From Candidatus Berkelbacteria bacterium RIFCSPLOWO2_01_FULL_50_28 (GTDB lineage: Bacteria > Patescibacteriota > UBA1384 > 2-12-FULL-50-11): a DNA stretch of 64,000 bases. The notes below the pieces were generated by a model. It saw only the letters and a program-made list of their open reading frames with translations, was not told the origin of the DNA and ran no database searches. Position numbers and translations under genes: made by a program. The number at the start of each line of letters is the position of its first letter. Within the stretch, counting starts at the first letter, position 1. The stretch spans positions 96,753 through 160,752 of the forward strand of contig MEZX01000002.1 of NCBI GenBank assembly GCA_001774395.1, written 5' to 3'. This document shows positions 35,493 through 45,881 of the stretch, in pieces.

Positions 35493-36438
35493 GGTTGTCT
35501 TTATTACCGGCTATCGACCTGGTGGGCCGTACTATTGGGCGGAGAAATTGGTAAAAAAAATTGGCGAGTTAGATTTGGGCTGGCGCGGCTCTCACCCCAA
35601 AACCCTTTGGCAAACTATCTATTCGGCGTTGATTGCGCCAAATGCCGATGTTGTCCACTCGACACTACCGGTGGCGTTTCATCTGTGGAGACGCCCGTTG
35701 GTGATGACGATCAAAGGTGATTTTGAGCGGGAGAAAGGACCGGGCTATCGCGGCTATCGACGAGCAATTGCCGCCGCCGATGCTGTTACCGTACCAAGCG
35801 AATTTATTAAGCGACAGTTAGGCCTCCACCAAGCGATAGTAATTCCCAACGGTTTCGACTTGCCTAACGCCGTCTCGCGACCTGAGACCGAGCCGGATGA
35901 CCCAATTAAGCTGTTAACGGTGACAAAGTTTCACTTTAAAGACAAAGCGAGCGGGGTGTTGAACTTGTATCGCATTCTGGAGTCCGTGGCCGGCCGATCA
36001 AACCGTCAGATAGTCTGGGACATTTTGGGAGACGGGGCTTTTCGCCGTGAGATCGAGTCGCAAGTAAAGAGTGAGAAAATCAAGATAAACTTCCGAGGTT
36101 TTGTTGACCCAAAGCCTTTCTATCAAAGCGCTGATGTCTTTCTTTATTACTCCGACCACGACAATATGCCTAACGCCATAATCGAAGCGATGGGCTACGG
36201 CTTACCTGTTATAAGCAACGATATCGGCGCCGTTGGCGAGATGATCGATGACGGCGTGAGCGGTTACCTCTGTCGTGACCAACAGGATTACACCGCGAAA
36301 CTTACCCAAATGCTAAAAACCCCCAGTGATTTGGCTGTACTCGGCCGTCAGGCGCGAGAGGTTGTGGCGACGCGGTTTGACAACGACGTCATTACGCGCA
36401 AATACCTAGAAATTTACGAACGGATAGTTACCAAATGA
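35464..36438 (+). CDS. GT4-family glycosyltransferase (GT-B fold).
   Basis: C-terminal EAMGYGLPVISNDIGAVGEMIDDGVSGYL (E-x7-E motif region). Confidence 0.75.
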   Translation: MAAVTQKTRKVVFITGYRPGGPYYWAEKLVKKIGELDLGWRGSHPKTLWQTIYSALIAPNADVVHSTLPVAFHLWRRPLVMTIKGDFEREKGPGYRGYRRAIAAADAVTVPSEFIKRQLGLHQAIVIPNGFDLPNAVSRPETEPDDPIKLLTVTKFHFKDKASGVLNLYRILESVAGRSNRQIVWDILGDGAFRREIESQVKSEKIKINFRGFVDPKPFYQSADVFLYYSDHDNMPNAIIEAMGYGLPVISNDIGAVGEMIDDGVSGYLCRDQQDYTAKLTQMLKTPSDLAVLGRQAREVVATRFDNDVITRKYLEIYERIVTK

Positions 36439-38516
36439 GGAGCGACTTACTTCTTGTGAACTTGCTTGTCTCGGCCGGCCTTCTAGTCGGCGCCGTGGTT
36501 GAACGAATAACTGGCTTTGCCGTCGTACAGAATGTTTTTGGTCTGGCAGCTTTTATTTTGCTTGGTTTCAACTTGGCGACGCTAGCAAGGTTCAAGAGTA
36601 TCGTCTCATCCGATACAAACGAAAATATAATCTTTGTACCGCTTTTTTCGGTTCTTGCCGTCACCGTTCTTGGAGCGCTGGCCCGCCTGGCCCACCTAGA
36701 CAAGCCTTATGTTTTAATTGCCGCGGTGGTCACAGTTAACCTTGCAGTGGCTTTTTTCCTCCTGCGTCTGGACAAACAAAAAGCAAGAACGAAAAAAATC
36801 GATTGGCCAAACATGGCCCGCCATACAGTGGAATTTATCGCCGTGCACCGAACGGTTCTGTGGCTGCTAGTAGGTTTTGGCGTTCTGATGTCACTGCATT
36901 TTCTGACGTACCGTTTTATCCCAGAGGCCGATAGCTACCGTCAGCTGATGGCGGTTAGTCAATACCAGGCCAGCTCCTCGCTGCCCGATCCAAGCCGTTC
37001 GTTTTTGCTGATTCTAACCTCGGCCATTAATTACCTGACCGCAATTAGTCCTTACGCGCTCTTCAAGTTTGTGTTTCCGCTCCTCGGGTTCTCGTACATT
37101 GCAACCGCGTTTCTTCTTAGTCCGCTGCTGAAACATAAGTTTAGCCTGGGTTGGTGCGCGCTCTTGGCGATTAGCGCGCCAGTAGTTATCGAGGAGCTGC
37201 TTGTTACAAGGCCGCAGACACTAGTCATGGTCTTCTTCCCCATTACTCTCTATCTGCTCTACACTGCCCTCAAACGTCGTAGCTCCAACTATCTGTTCAT
37301 CGCTCTAGCTCTGAGCTTGACGCTACTGCTCTCCCACGAAACGGCCTGGTTACTCGTGATTACAGGGGCGGTAACCCTTCTCGTTTTCTATCGAGAATGG
37401 ATTAAGTCCCGCTGGCTTCCATTTACCTTCTGGGCCATTCTAGCGCTACTCGCTGTCACCCTCTTTGCTCCGCCACGCATTCTGGCCAAACTGCTGTCTC
37501 AGTTTATTGAAGCGAAAAACGCCTTGGCGGCGCACGGTGTTGACTGGTGGTTTATTGGCTCTTACACCAACGTTGACCAAAACAGGGTCGGCTGGCCGGG
37601 CATTAGTGCCCTGTATTACTACGCTTACAACCTGGGACTTGCCCTACCGGTACTATCTGTCGTCTTGCTTGCCAAAAGGCGTGTCCTTGAAAGATTGGAC
37701 ATCGCCTACGCCCCCTACGTCATTAGCGGTGGGCTCGCCTTTGCGATTGCTGAGATTCTGCCAAGGTTTAGGGTCTATTTCCTTCCGGACCGAGTCTGGC
37801 CGTTTATGGTCGCCTCACTTGCACCGATACTCGTTTATTACTGTATAAGGCTTGAATGGAAAGGCTGGTTGCGCCGCCTGGTTATCATTAGCGTCACGGT
37901 CTCGTTGGCTGCTAGCCTTGGGCTTAGTGCGCTCAAACAGGGGCGAGTTTCAAAGTCCGAGTACCAGGCCGCTTCGTGGCTGGCTAACAATAGCGGGCAG
38001 TCGAGCCTGGTTGTCAGCCAATCTGGGAACGGAGTTTTCATCAGATATTTTGCCGAAAGAAAGCTCGTCAGTTCGGATCGGCGATTCTTTTACGATCAAG
38101 ACAGCCAAGAGATCCGAGCTCTGATTGGCAAGATTAGGCCTGTCTCATACAACAGGGCTGAGCTTGAACATCAGCGTTTAGCGATCCACAAAAAGATGAG
38201 ATCGGCCCTTAACGAGTACGAACTGGCGGAGGACCCCGTTGTGGCAGAGCGGTTCTACCTGAGGCTAGCGGACCTGAAGAGAGGGATTGATAGGTTGGGT
38301 ATGCTCATCGAACAAACAAAGCGGCCGCTCTCGAGCGTGCCCGATGTATATATTCTCTACTCGCTAGATAAGTTTAACACTATCTATCGTTATCGAGCGT
38401 GGTGGATGGATCAGAACTTCTACCGGGCGGAAACCGAGTGGTTTGATACACACCCTGAGTTATTCTCCCAAGTTTACGACAACGGCCAGGTGCGGATCTG
38501 GAAATACAAAAAGTAG
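36435..38516 (+). CDS. Large polytopic membrane protein (693 aa), candidate GT-C-like glycosyltransferase. Paralog A of a tandem pair.
   Basis: About 12-14 TM helices plus a C-terminal soluble domain. The C-terminus ...FSQVYDNGQVRIWKYKK is homologous to the next gene's ...FKKIFDNGAVKVWRVKI. Confidence 0.5.
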   Translation: MRSDLLLVNLLVSAGLLVGAVVERITGFAVVQNVFGLAAFILLGFNLATLARFKSIVSSDTNENIIFVPLFSVLAVTVLGALARLAHLDKPYVLIAAVVTVNLAVAFFLLRLDKQKARTKKIDWPNMARHTVEFIAVHRTVLWLLVGFGVLMSLHFLTYRFIPEADSYRQLMAVSQYQASSSLPDPSRSFLLILTSAINYLTAISPYALFKFVFPLLGFSYIATAFLLSPLLKHKFSLGWCALLAISAPVVIEELLVTRPQTLVMVFFPITLYLLYTALKRRSSNYLFIALALSLTLLLSHETAWLLVITGAVTLLVFYREWIKSRWLPFTFWAILALLAVTLFAPPRILAKLLSQFIEAKNALAAHGVDWWFIGSYTNVDQNRVGWPGISALYYYAYNLGLALPVLSVVLLAKRRVLERLDIAYAPYVISGGLAFAIAEILPRFRVYFLPDRVWPFMVASLAPILVYYCIRLEWKGWLRRLVIISVTVSLAASLGLSALKQGRVSKSEYQAASWLANNSGQSSLVVSQSGNGVFIRYFAERKLVSSDRRFFYDQDSQEIRALIGKIRPVSYNRAELEHQRLAIHKKMRSALNEYELAEDPVVAERFYLRLADLKRGIDRLGMLIEQTKRPLSSVPDVYILYSLDKFNTIYRYRAWWMDQNFYRAETEWFDTHPELFSQVYDNGQVRIWKYKK

Positions 38517-38598
38517 GTGCAGCCGTTACTTAACTTTCGCCTCTGTTCTGGTATGATTCCTAGGAATGCAGTTTATTTTAACCTCTAAAAACTGATCG

Positions 38599-40545
38599 AT
38601 GTGGCTTATCGCCGTCGTCGTTGTTAACGCCCTACTTTTCTCGTTCCTTCTCTCGAGGTGGCATAAGGATAGGCTCTATTCTTTGAGCTTTGCGTTCTAC
38701 TACTTAATGATAGCCTGGCCGTTTTTATCCTGGGTGACGGCCGCGTTTCTGCCTGTACTTAACACCGCGCTGATCCTGTCGACACTGCTGACAACGGGGC
38801 TGCTATTAGGTAGTGTGCTGCTCTCTAGCAGACTTAACCTGGGCTCTGCGATGCACGATGTCAGAGTTTGGTTGGGCCAGTCGTTCTCCAGACACAGTCC
38901 CTTGTCGGTGGCTCTTTGGTTGGGCTTGCTCCTAGCACTGCTTGTCCCTGTTATTACTTACCGTTTCATCCCAGGACTAGACACTTACAAGTACCTAAAC
39001 GTTGTGAACTATATGGTTGACGTCGGTCAGTATCCCACGAGTATGGCCGTAGAGTTCAGTAGTGCGAACTGGTCTTATCCGCCGCTGATGCAGTACCTCT
39101 CTCACGGGTTGTCTTATCTGGGAGTAGCCCCGTATGTATTCTTCAAATATTTCGGTGTGCTTATCTTTTCTTTAGCGCTGTTCCCGTTTCTCCAACTGGT
39201 TAAGAGGTTTGTTGAAAAAAGGACAGTGGTTGTCTTGGCGATTATCGCCTTCTTTGCAACGCCGGCGATATTTTCCGAGCTACAAGTTGTTCGGCCGCAA
39301 CTGGTTATGTTCTTCCTCGCCCCGCTGTCGCTCGTGCTGATGATCGATTACCTAGAGACTAAGAGCAAAATACCGCTATTTGTCGTGGCGGCCTCAGCGC
39401 TAATTGGTACTGTCTACCACACTTTCCTGACGGTAGTTCTATTTATTCCGCTTGGTGTTGGGGTACTAGTAAAGAACTACGGCTGGATAAAGAGTAATAA
39501 ACCCAAGTTCTTGCTGGGCCTAGCCGTTACGGCGCTGGCTTTAGTCCCGTACTATTTTTTGCTTGACCTGCCAGCGAAGTTCGGTTGGCTATTCAAGATT
39601 ATCTTTACTCGCTCTGGTGAGCTAACGTTGCATAGTCCGTACTCGTTGAAAACCTACCTTGCTACCATCGGCATATTTACCGTCGGGCTCTGTTGGCTCG
39701 CTTTGGTTGGCTTGAAGGATAGGGCCCATTTGAAGAAAGCGATCATCCCAGCCTCCTTCTTCGCTCTCTTCTTTTTTGTGCTTGAGATATGGACGCGGCT
39801 TGGCTTCTCATTTCTGCCCGATCGATCGTTCCCCTTCATTGTCATCGCCCTAATTCCGCTCATTGCGCACGGTGTGGACTTGCTATGGAAAGACCGGCGT
39901 ATACAGGCTGTGGTAACGGTCGCGTTGCTCCTGCTACTGGCAAGTACGGCTTACATCGAGTCCCTCGACACTCGACAGTATGTGACGAGTAAAGAGGCTG
40001 AAGCGGCTCAGTTTATTAAAGAAAACTTTCCTCAGAATACGCTCATCGTTACTCAGGGGTCGAACTACCCACTGACTAACTACTTCGCTGCCCGTCGAGG
40101 TTCCTTTAAGGTTAGCTTTAGCCCACGGGATGTTTTCTATGCCGAGAATTCTGCGTCTGCCTTTAAAGTAATCGAGAGCTACATTGTAAGCACGAAGACA
40201 TATCGTCAGCAGTTAGTGGAGCGCATCGCTCCGCATCAAGCGCAGATATTAGAGCTGCTGAAGAGCAAAAGCTTTCGCGATAGCACCGTTTTTTCAAAAA
40301 TATCAGGTATCAACAATAAAACCGAAAATATCTATTTGGCCCTAGCGAAGCGTTCTTTTCGCGAGCCCGAGCCCGAAGAAGTCCTGATTCTTTTTTCTAC
40401 TGATAAGCTGGCTCGTTCGATCAACACCGACAGATACAAGTACAAGAATTTTCATGACGCGGACCTGTCGCTATTCGATGACGCGAGATTTTTCAAGAAG
40501 ATTTTTGACAACGGTGCGGTGAAGGTCTGGCGCGTCAAGATCTAA
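38599..40545 (+). CDS. Large polytopic membrane protein (648 aa), candidate GT-C-like glycosyltransferase. Paralog B.
   Basis: Same architecture and shared C-terminal motif as 36435-38516. Confidence 0.5.
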   Translation: MWLIAVVVVNALLFSFLLSRWHKDRLYSLSFAFYYLMIAWPFLSWVTAAFLPVLNTALILSTLLTTGLLLGSVLLSSRLNLGSAMHDVRVWLGQSFSRHSPLSVALWLGLLLALLVPVITYRFIPGLDTYKYLNVVNYMVDVGQYPTSMAVEFSSANWSYPPLMQYLSHGLSYLGVAPYVFFKYFGVLIFSLALFPFLQLVKRFVEKRTVVVLAIIAFFATPAIFSELQVVRPQLVMFFLAPLSLVLMIDYLETKSKIPLFVVAASALIGTVYHTFLTVVLFIPLGVGVLVKNYGWIKSNKPKFLLGLAVTALALVPYYFLLDLPAKFGWLFKIIFTRSGELTLHSPYSLKTYLATIGIFTVGLCWLALVGLKDRAHLKKAIIPASFFALFFFVLEIWTRLGFSFLPDRSFPFIVIALIPLIAHGVDLLWKDRRIQAVVTVALLLLLASTAYIESLDTRQYVTSKEAEAAQFIKENFPQNTLIVTQGSNYPLTNYFAARRGSFKVSFSPRDVFYAENSASAFKVIESYIVSTKTYRQQLVERIAPHQAQILELLKSKSFRDSTVFSKISGINNKTENIYLALAKRSFREPEPEEVLILFSTDKLARSINTDRYKYKNFHDADLSLFDDARFFKKIFDNGAVKVWRVKI

Positions 40546-41321
40546 CTACTCGCCAAACCTAGATGTTTGGGTTTACGAGCCCGCCCGCCCCGCTCCATGA
40601 CCAACCGAAAGTGGCTGTGCAAGAAGTAAGAGGCGACAAAATTGCTACAAAATATCTGTCCGAACTGACGAAGTTGGCTCGGTGGTAACCAAGTAATTGT
40701 CGGTTTGCGAAACCCGGCGCCTGACAGCAGCTTAACCCAAACGTCCGGACTCTGGTGCTTGTGCCACTCGATACTGCGTACAAACGGATTTTTCAGCCCA
40801 ACAGTTGGGAAAAAGTTGTGGCGCGAAGCATCAGTTACCACCAACTTTGACCCAGGTTTAGCAATCTTGGCCAGCTCCTTAAAGATCTCTTTGTACGAGC
40901 GTTGGGACTCCCTATTTTCTCGCAAGGTAATGCAGGCATCTTCGTCTAGGTGGTTTATAGAGTGGTGAAGCAAAAGGACATCGAACTTCTCCCCTGTTGC
41001 TCGGTACTCCTGAAATGTTTTGGCGATCATCTTAATCTGCGGCAGCTTTAGAACGCCCGCAACCTTGCGGAATTTTTTTATGAACCCGCTCCGCGAGCCA
41101 GCCGCCTCTGGCTCCAAACAGACTACCTTGGATGCGCCAGCAAGGGCAGCGTGAAAGCCGTATGTGCCTGCTCCTGCCCCGATGTCGATCACGAGCTTAT
41201 CTTTTAGAACAACGTCGCGAAAGAGACTGCGAAGATAGTACTCCAAATTATTCGAAGATTTGCACAGCTTCTCTCGTTGACAGACGGACAGAAATTTCTT
41301 CATCGGAGACCGCTTGGTCAT
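40542..41321 (-). CDS. Class I SAM-dependent methyltransferase.
   Basis: Motif I VIDIGAGAGTYGFHAALAGASKVVCLEPE. Confidence 0.7.
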   Translation of the reverse strand: MTKRSPMKKFLSVCQREKLCKSSNNLEYYLRSLFRDVVLKDKLVIDIGAGAGTYGFHAALAGASKVVCLEPEAAGSRSGFIKKFRKVAGVLKLPQIKMIAKTFQEYRATGEKFDVLLLHHSINHLDEDACITLRENRESQRSYKEIFKELAKIAKPGSKLVVTDASRHNFFPTVGLKNPFVRSIEWHKHQSPDVWVKLLSGAGFRKPTITWLPPSQLRQFGQIFCSNFVASYFLHSHFRLVMERGGRARKPKHLGLASS

Positions 41322-41343
41322 TTCTCTTCTTTTACCCTAAATT

Positions 41344-42468
41344 TCACTCGTTGCGAAGTAGCTCGGCAACGGCCGACTTGTATCGGGCGGTGTTTCTGAC
41401 GATATCGTGATTTTCCAGAGCATAACGGTAGCCGTTCTCGGAGAGTGATTTCCAGAGAGCGGGATTGCCCAGTATTTCTGAAAGTTGAGTTGCCATTTTC
41501 TTGTAATCACCCCCTGCACAAAACCCACACTTCTCTTTGTCGAGAAAGTTGTCCGGGTTTACACCAAGCGAAAGAATTGGGGTGGCGCTGGCCGCCGCTT
41601 GAACGAAGGTGTTGGGGAACCCCTCGAAGGTGGAAGTACTCACAAGCACCTTGGCCTGGCCGTAATACTCTGTAATCTGCTCAAATGGTACTTTTCCCAA
41701 AAGTGTCAGATTTGAGATGGCTTCTGCCTCTTCTGTTATCTTCTCGGCGAGAGCCTGGTTATGGGCATGCGGTGGCATAATCATGACAAACTTCTCGCTC
41801 GGGAAATCCCGGGCTAGTTGCAGAAACATCTCCGGTTGCTTTAGCGGCTGAGAGGAGGCCACCCAGAGCACACTCTCGCGTTTTTGGTTGACGTCACGCG
41901 CGGGGATGGTTAGGACATTTTTTAAAACAATGCTCTCGCGATGGAACTTCTCCTTCAGTATTTGCTGATGTTGACTGTTCTGGGTAAAAATTAGATCGGC
42001 GTTTGTTAGGCCAAACTTGAACATTCTCTCTTCAACGAAGGTTCGGTTGCGCAATCCCCCTTTCAGATCGGCCTCGGAAGCAGTCATATAGATAAACTTT
42101 TTGCGGGCTTTTCGGCAGTAAAGGGCAATTATCCCAGCTGAAGCGCCGCTAGCACGCTGTTGGTAAACATCGGCCCGGACGGTCTTTAGCAGCCGCCAGA
42201 GACGTATGGCGAAAGATATCTGACGCCATAGCGCCGGACCTTGCTTCGATTCTGCAGCGAGCTTGTAGACGGTAATACCGTTGAACGTTTCAACTGGTGG
42301 CTGTCCGTAGTCGCCAACTATAAAACTAACGACAAATCCAGGGTCTTTGCTAAGCTCGCTTGAGAGCAGGAACGATTGCAGCTCGGCGCCGCCGAACGCC
42401 CCGCTAACGGTCGGGTTGAAAAGTGGGTAGGCGCCGGGAGAGAAGAAGCAGATTTCAGTCGGTTTCAT
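41344..42468 (-). CDS. GT4-family glycosyltransferase.
   Basis: EGFPNTFVQAAASATPILSLGV C-terminal GT-B motif. Confidence 0.7.
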   Translation of the reverse strand: MKPTEICFFSPGAYPLFNPTVSGAFGGAELQSFLLSSELSKDPGFVVSFIVGDYGQPPVETFNGITVYKLAAESKQGPALWRQISFAIRLWRLLKTVRADVYQQRASGASAGIIALYCRKARKKFIYMTASEADLKGGLRNRTFVEERMFKFGLTNADLIFTQNSQHQQILKEKFHRESIVLKNVLTIPARDVNQKRESVLWVASSQPLKQPEMFLQLARDFPSEKFVMIMPPHAHNQALAEKITEEAEAISNLTLLGKVPFEQITEYYGQAKVLVSTSTFEGFPNTFVQAAASATPILSLGVNPDNFLDKEKCGFCAGGDYKKMATQLSEILGNPALWKSLSENGYRYALENHDIVRNTARYKSAVAELLRNE

Positions 42469-43820
42469 CGCTCCCTCTCTCTGCTAAGCAGGGACTTCAC
42501 GTAAACATACTTGCCGTTTTTAGTTTTTGGTATTGTTTCAACCTGTTTCCAGACTATTCGGCAAGATTCACCCATCACTAAACGGATTTTTGTTTCGATG
42601 TCTCGGCGGTTCTGAGCCGGAAGTTCTCCAAGTGGTACGAAAAGTATCTCAATTTCGTCACGTGTTTTTTGAACCACCTGGAACTGCCTTATCTGGCCTT
42701 GGTTCAAGGTGACCCCGACAAAATGGATGAAGAATTCGGATGGGACGGGGCTACCGTCGATGGCGGCCAAGCAATCTGTCACGCGGCCGGTGAGCTCCTT
42801 GAGAGTCGGAGTTGGAATCTTGCAGTCACAAGTTTGCGGCCCAAGCTCGGCCAGATCACCGATTTCGTAACGAATGAACGGGAACGAATAGTTGTGAAGG
42901 TTGGTAACGATTACTCTCCCCTTAGTGGCTGGCTGACCTCGGTCGTCTAGGATCTCGATAAAGTTATTGAACGGGAGCTGGTGCATCAGCCCATTCTGGC
43001 ACTCGCCGGCGATATCGCCCACTTCTCTGGTGCCGTAGAAGTCGTAAACCGGAGCCTGGAACGTCTTGCTGATGGATCTTCGCATATACTCGTATAAGTT
43101 CTCCGCGGCGCTAATAACAAGATGAGGAGAGTGTACTGTGAGACTATTTCTGCTGATGTAATCGGCCAGCTCAAACAGCGCTCCGGAATAGCCGCGGATC
43201 ACGTACGGTTTGTAGCTGTTAATTTTCTCCACGTACGAGCTCATGCTCGCCTCGTCCATCTTGAAGGCGTTAAGGACTACGGTGTTGCGCAAATAACTCA
43301 TAATCTTTTTCTTGAATCCCGTTTTGGCGCGCAATAGATCTGCTTCCGAGCCCCAGAGGATGATTTTCTTCACAGCGTCTTCATCCACTCCTAGTACGTT
43401 GGAGTAGTAATACTTGTTAGCGGCATTCTTCCACTTGGTGTATCTATCGTCGTGGATGAATTTAACAGGCTCACCAGTACTGCCACCGGTTCTTTTGTAG
43501 TACCAACGTCGAGTGTTCAGGTCGTGCGAAGTTAGGCTTTCAAAGTTTGAGCGAATGATATCCTTGGTAAGCAGTGGGATTTGGTCAAACTTAGTTAAGT
43601 CCACTTGGTCGCGGATAACAACACCAGCCTCGCGCAGAATCTTTTTGTAGTAAGGCACGTTCTGGTAGGCGTGAACGAGCAGCTCTTTTATCCTTTCCTC
43701 TCGCAACTCCTCCAGCTGGTTTTTACCAATCGCTCGGTTAATCTGCTCATATTCTTTTGAGTAGTCGTGGCGCCCGATTTTTAGGACCAATTTCCAGAGT
43801 AGTTGTTTCATTCTATGCAA
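42465..43820 (-). CDS. Adenylate-forming enzyme of the phenylacetate-CoA ligase / coenzyme F390 synthetase (CapK-like) family.
   Basis: AMP-binding motif YYKRTGGSTGEPVKF (cf. SSGTTGKP); size is typical of CapK-like proteins in capsule loci. Confidence 0.65.
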   Translation of the reverse strand: MHRMKQLLWKLVLKIGRHDYSKEYEQINRAIGKNQLEELREERIKELLVHAYQNVPYYKKILREAGVVIRDQVDLTKFDQIPLLTKDIIRSNFESLTSHDLNTRRWYYKRTGGSTGEPVKFIHDDRYTKWKNAANKYYYSNVLGVDEDAVKKIILWGSEADLLRAKTGFKKKIMSYLRNTVVLNAFKMDEASMSSYVEKINSYKPYVIRGYSGALFELADYISRNSLTVHSPHLVISAAENLYEYMRRSISKTFQAPVYDFYGTREVGDIAGECQNGLMHQLPFNNFIEILDDRGQPATKGRVIVTNLHNYSFPFIRYEIGDLAELGPQTCDCKIPTPTLKELTGRVTDCLAAIDGSPVPSEFFIHFVGVTLNQGQIRQFQVVQKTRDEIEILFVPLGELPAQNRRDIETKIRLVMGESCRIVWKQVETIPKTKNGKYVYVKSLLSRERER

Positions 43821-45099
43821 AGCGGTTTTTCATAATAGTCGATATCATCACACCAACAGCGTAGGCCAGAATGAAGGCAAGCACCGCTCCCATGATATGG
43901 AGGCGCGGGATTAGCAGGAAGCCAAATAGCAGATTTATCCCGGCGATAAAAACGGTAATGAGGTTTGAAGTACGAATTCCGCGGAGTCCTTCTGAGGCAA
44001 ACGTCCAAATATAGAGCGTGTAATGAATGATCAAGGCACCGGCAACGGAGAACGCCAAGATTAGCGGTAGCTCGATCGGGTATGAGGCACCGTAAATTTT
44101 TAGAATTATCAGCTGGACTATGAAAAGACCCGGGATGACCGTGCCGTACAAAAACGGCGAGAGCCGTTTGATCTTGCTAAATATCGGCTGACGGGTAGAA
44201 AACTTGGCGGCCGTCGGGAAGAAAACCGATATGAAAACGGCGTTTAGAATGAAGGCGATATTTATGGATGAGGCGTAGTAGGCGCTATAAATCCCCACTT
44301 CTCCGACAGTTAGGTAGCCATTTATCAGCAGTTTCCCGGTCTGCACCAAGAAAGTCGAGGCAATTCCACCTAAGATTCCAGCGGCACCGTACATTAGGAG
44401 GTTTTTAGCAAAGGGAGGGCTGAAGCTGGTTGGCGAGAAGTAGCGTCGCAGATTTATGAAGCTACCAATAATTACAATACCGAAAGCGGCAAACACGGTG
44501 TAAATGGCACTGGTGAAAGATATTAGGTTGAACTGAATTAGTATGAGCAGGCCGACCAAACCGGCGATGCCGTAGAGCGCGTAAAGGTAGGACAGCTGCT
44601 TGAACATATTCAGGCTTCGCAGGCCACCTTTCGTTAACGAATCGAGCGTGTACAGAAATGCGTAGGCAATTGCCAGGTAGAATACTAGGCTTGGCACGTT
44701 GAAGATCCTTAGGAATCCTTCCCGAAAGGCGATGTAGAGCAGTATTGATACGAGACTTGCTGCAAAGAATATCAGAATGGCTGAGGAGATGTATTTTTTC
44801 CGCTCCCCATCGCTTGTCTGCTCAGCATTATATTTAGTAAGCGCGGTTGATAAACCAAGCGACATCGGTATGTAAAGAAACAGCGCTACCGAATTGACCA
44901 GGGAGAACCTACCGTATTGGTCTGGCCCAAGAACCCGCCCGAGCAGTACCTGAAACACAAAGCCTAGTACGAGTGATACGCCATAACCAATAGAAACAAT
45001 CCCCAGGTTTTTCGTGAAGTCCTTAGCCTCGCCAGACATTTTTTCGCCAAAAACCAGCGCGTAGATCCTGCCTACCAAACGGGCGGCTACTCCCTTCAT
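43813..45099 (-). CDS. Oligosaccharide flippase (MOP/Wzx-like), the second one in the cluster.
   Basis: 428 aa, about 12-14 TM helices, typical Wzx topology. Confidence 0.65.
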   Translation of the reverse strand: MKGVAARLVGRIYALVFGEKMSGEAKDFTKNLGIVSIGYGVSLVLGFVFQVLLGRVLGPDQYGRFSLVNSVALFLYIPMSLGLSTALTKYNAEQTSDGERKKYISSAILIFFAASLVSILLYIAFREGFLRIFNVPSLVFYLAIAYAFLYTLDSLTKGGLRSLNMFKQLSYLYALYGIAGLVGLLILIQFNLISFTSAIYTVFAAFGIVIIGSFINLRRYFSPTSFSPPFAKNLLMYGAAGILGGIASTFLVQTGKLLINGYLTVGEVGIYSAYYASSINIAFILNAVFISVFFPTAAKFSTRQPIFSKIKRLSPFLYGTVIPGLFIVQLIILKIYGASYPIELPLILAFSVAGALIIHYTLYIWTFASEGLRGIRTSNLITVFIAGINLLFGFLLIPRLHIMGAVLAFILAYAVGVMISTIMKNRFA

Positions 45100-45866
45100 G
45101 CCTTGCCTGATCCGACCGTCTTCCTCGCGATCAGGTAGATTTTGGGAGAGAGCTGGCTACCCTCTTTTGTTACGGGGAAAACGAATAATAGCTTATCAAG
45201 TAGGTAAAAAATTGGGCCAACAAGGCGTCTTAGGACGGAGTTTTCAAACAACAGTCGTTTCATAAGTCCCAGTCCCACCACTCCCAGGTAATCGCAGTAT
45301 AAAATTTTAAGATGGTGATTATTCGCTGCCTCGGCGAGCTCCTCTTTGGAAACTCTTCGGTGAATCGATTCCTTGCCCGACGCTTTCATTACGCGATTGT
45401 AGTACTTGGAGTCGAAGCCGTTTGGGACACCGATCACGAGTAACCCGCCGTCCTTTAGAAGCTCTAGGTGCTTACTAAAAATTGGCTCGAGCTCGGTGAA
45501 ATGCTCAACAAGTCCAGCCGACATCACCAAATCGTAGTTGTTGTGAGGTAAGGTGTGCTGGAAGATGTCCTGACAGTAAACATCACCCTTAATTTTTAGT
45601 AGGCGATAGTTTTCTTCTGTTGTCTTGCAGCCGTTCTCCTCGTAGTCAACGATATCGCACTGACAGCCAAAGCGTGAGAAAAAGAAATCAGACCAACGTC
45701 CCGGACAGCCACCGATCTCGATGATTTTTTTTGGCGGCTTACCCACCAGGTACTGGGCAATACGATCGCTTATTACTCGATTAGAGTAGTCGGTGTTGAA
45801 CCGAGCTGGCAGCGGCATGTGGCGCCAGTTATTTTCCCAGTGCTCTTTTTTGGTTAGTTTTTCCAT
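45096..45866 (-). CDS. Class I SAM-dependent methyltransferase.
   Basis: IIEIGGCPGRWSDFF...DIVDYEE motif I/II. Confidence 0.7.
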   Translation of the reverse strand: MEKLTKKEHWENNWRHMPLPARFNTDYSNRVISDRIAQYLVGKPPKKIIEIGGCPGRWSDFFFSRFGCQCDIVDYEENGCKTTEENYRLLKIKGDVYCQDIFQHTLPHNNYDLVMSAGLVEHFTELEPIFSKHLELLKDGGLLVIGVPNGFDSKYYNRVMKASGKESIHRRVSKEELAEAANNHHLKILYCDYLGVVGLGLMKRLLFENSVLRRLVGPIFYLLDKLLFVFPVTKEGSQLSPKIYLIARKTVGSGKA

Positions 45867-45881
45867 TCTTCTCCTAGGTAA

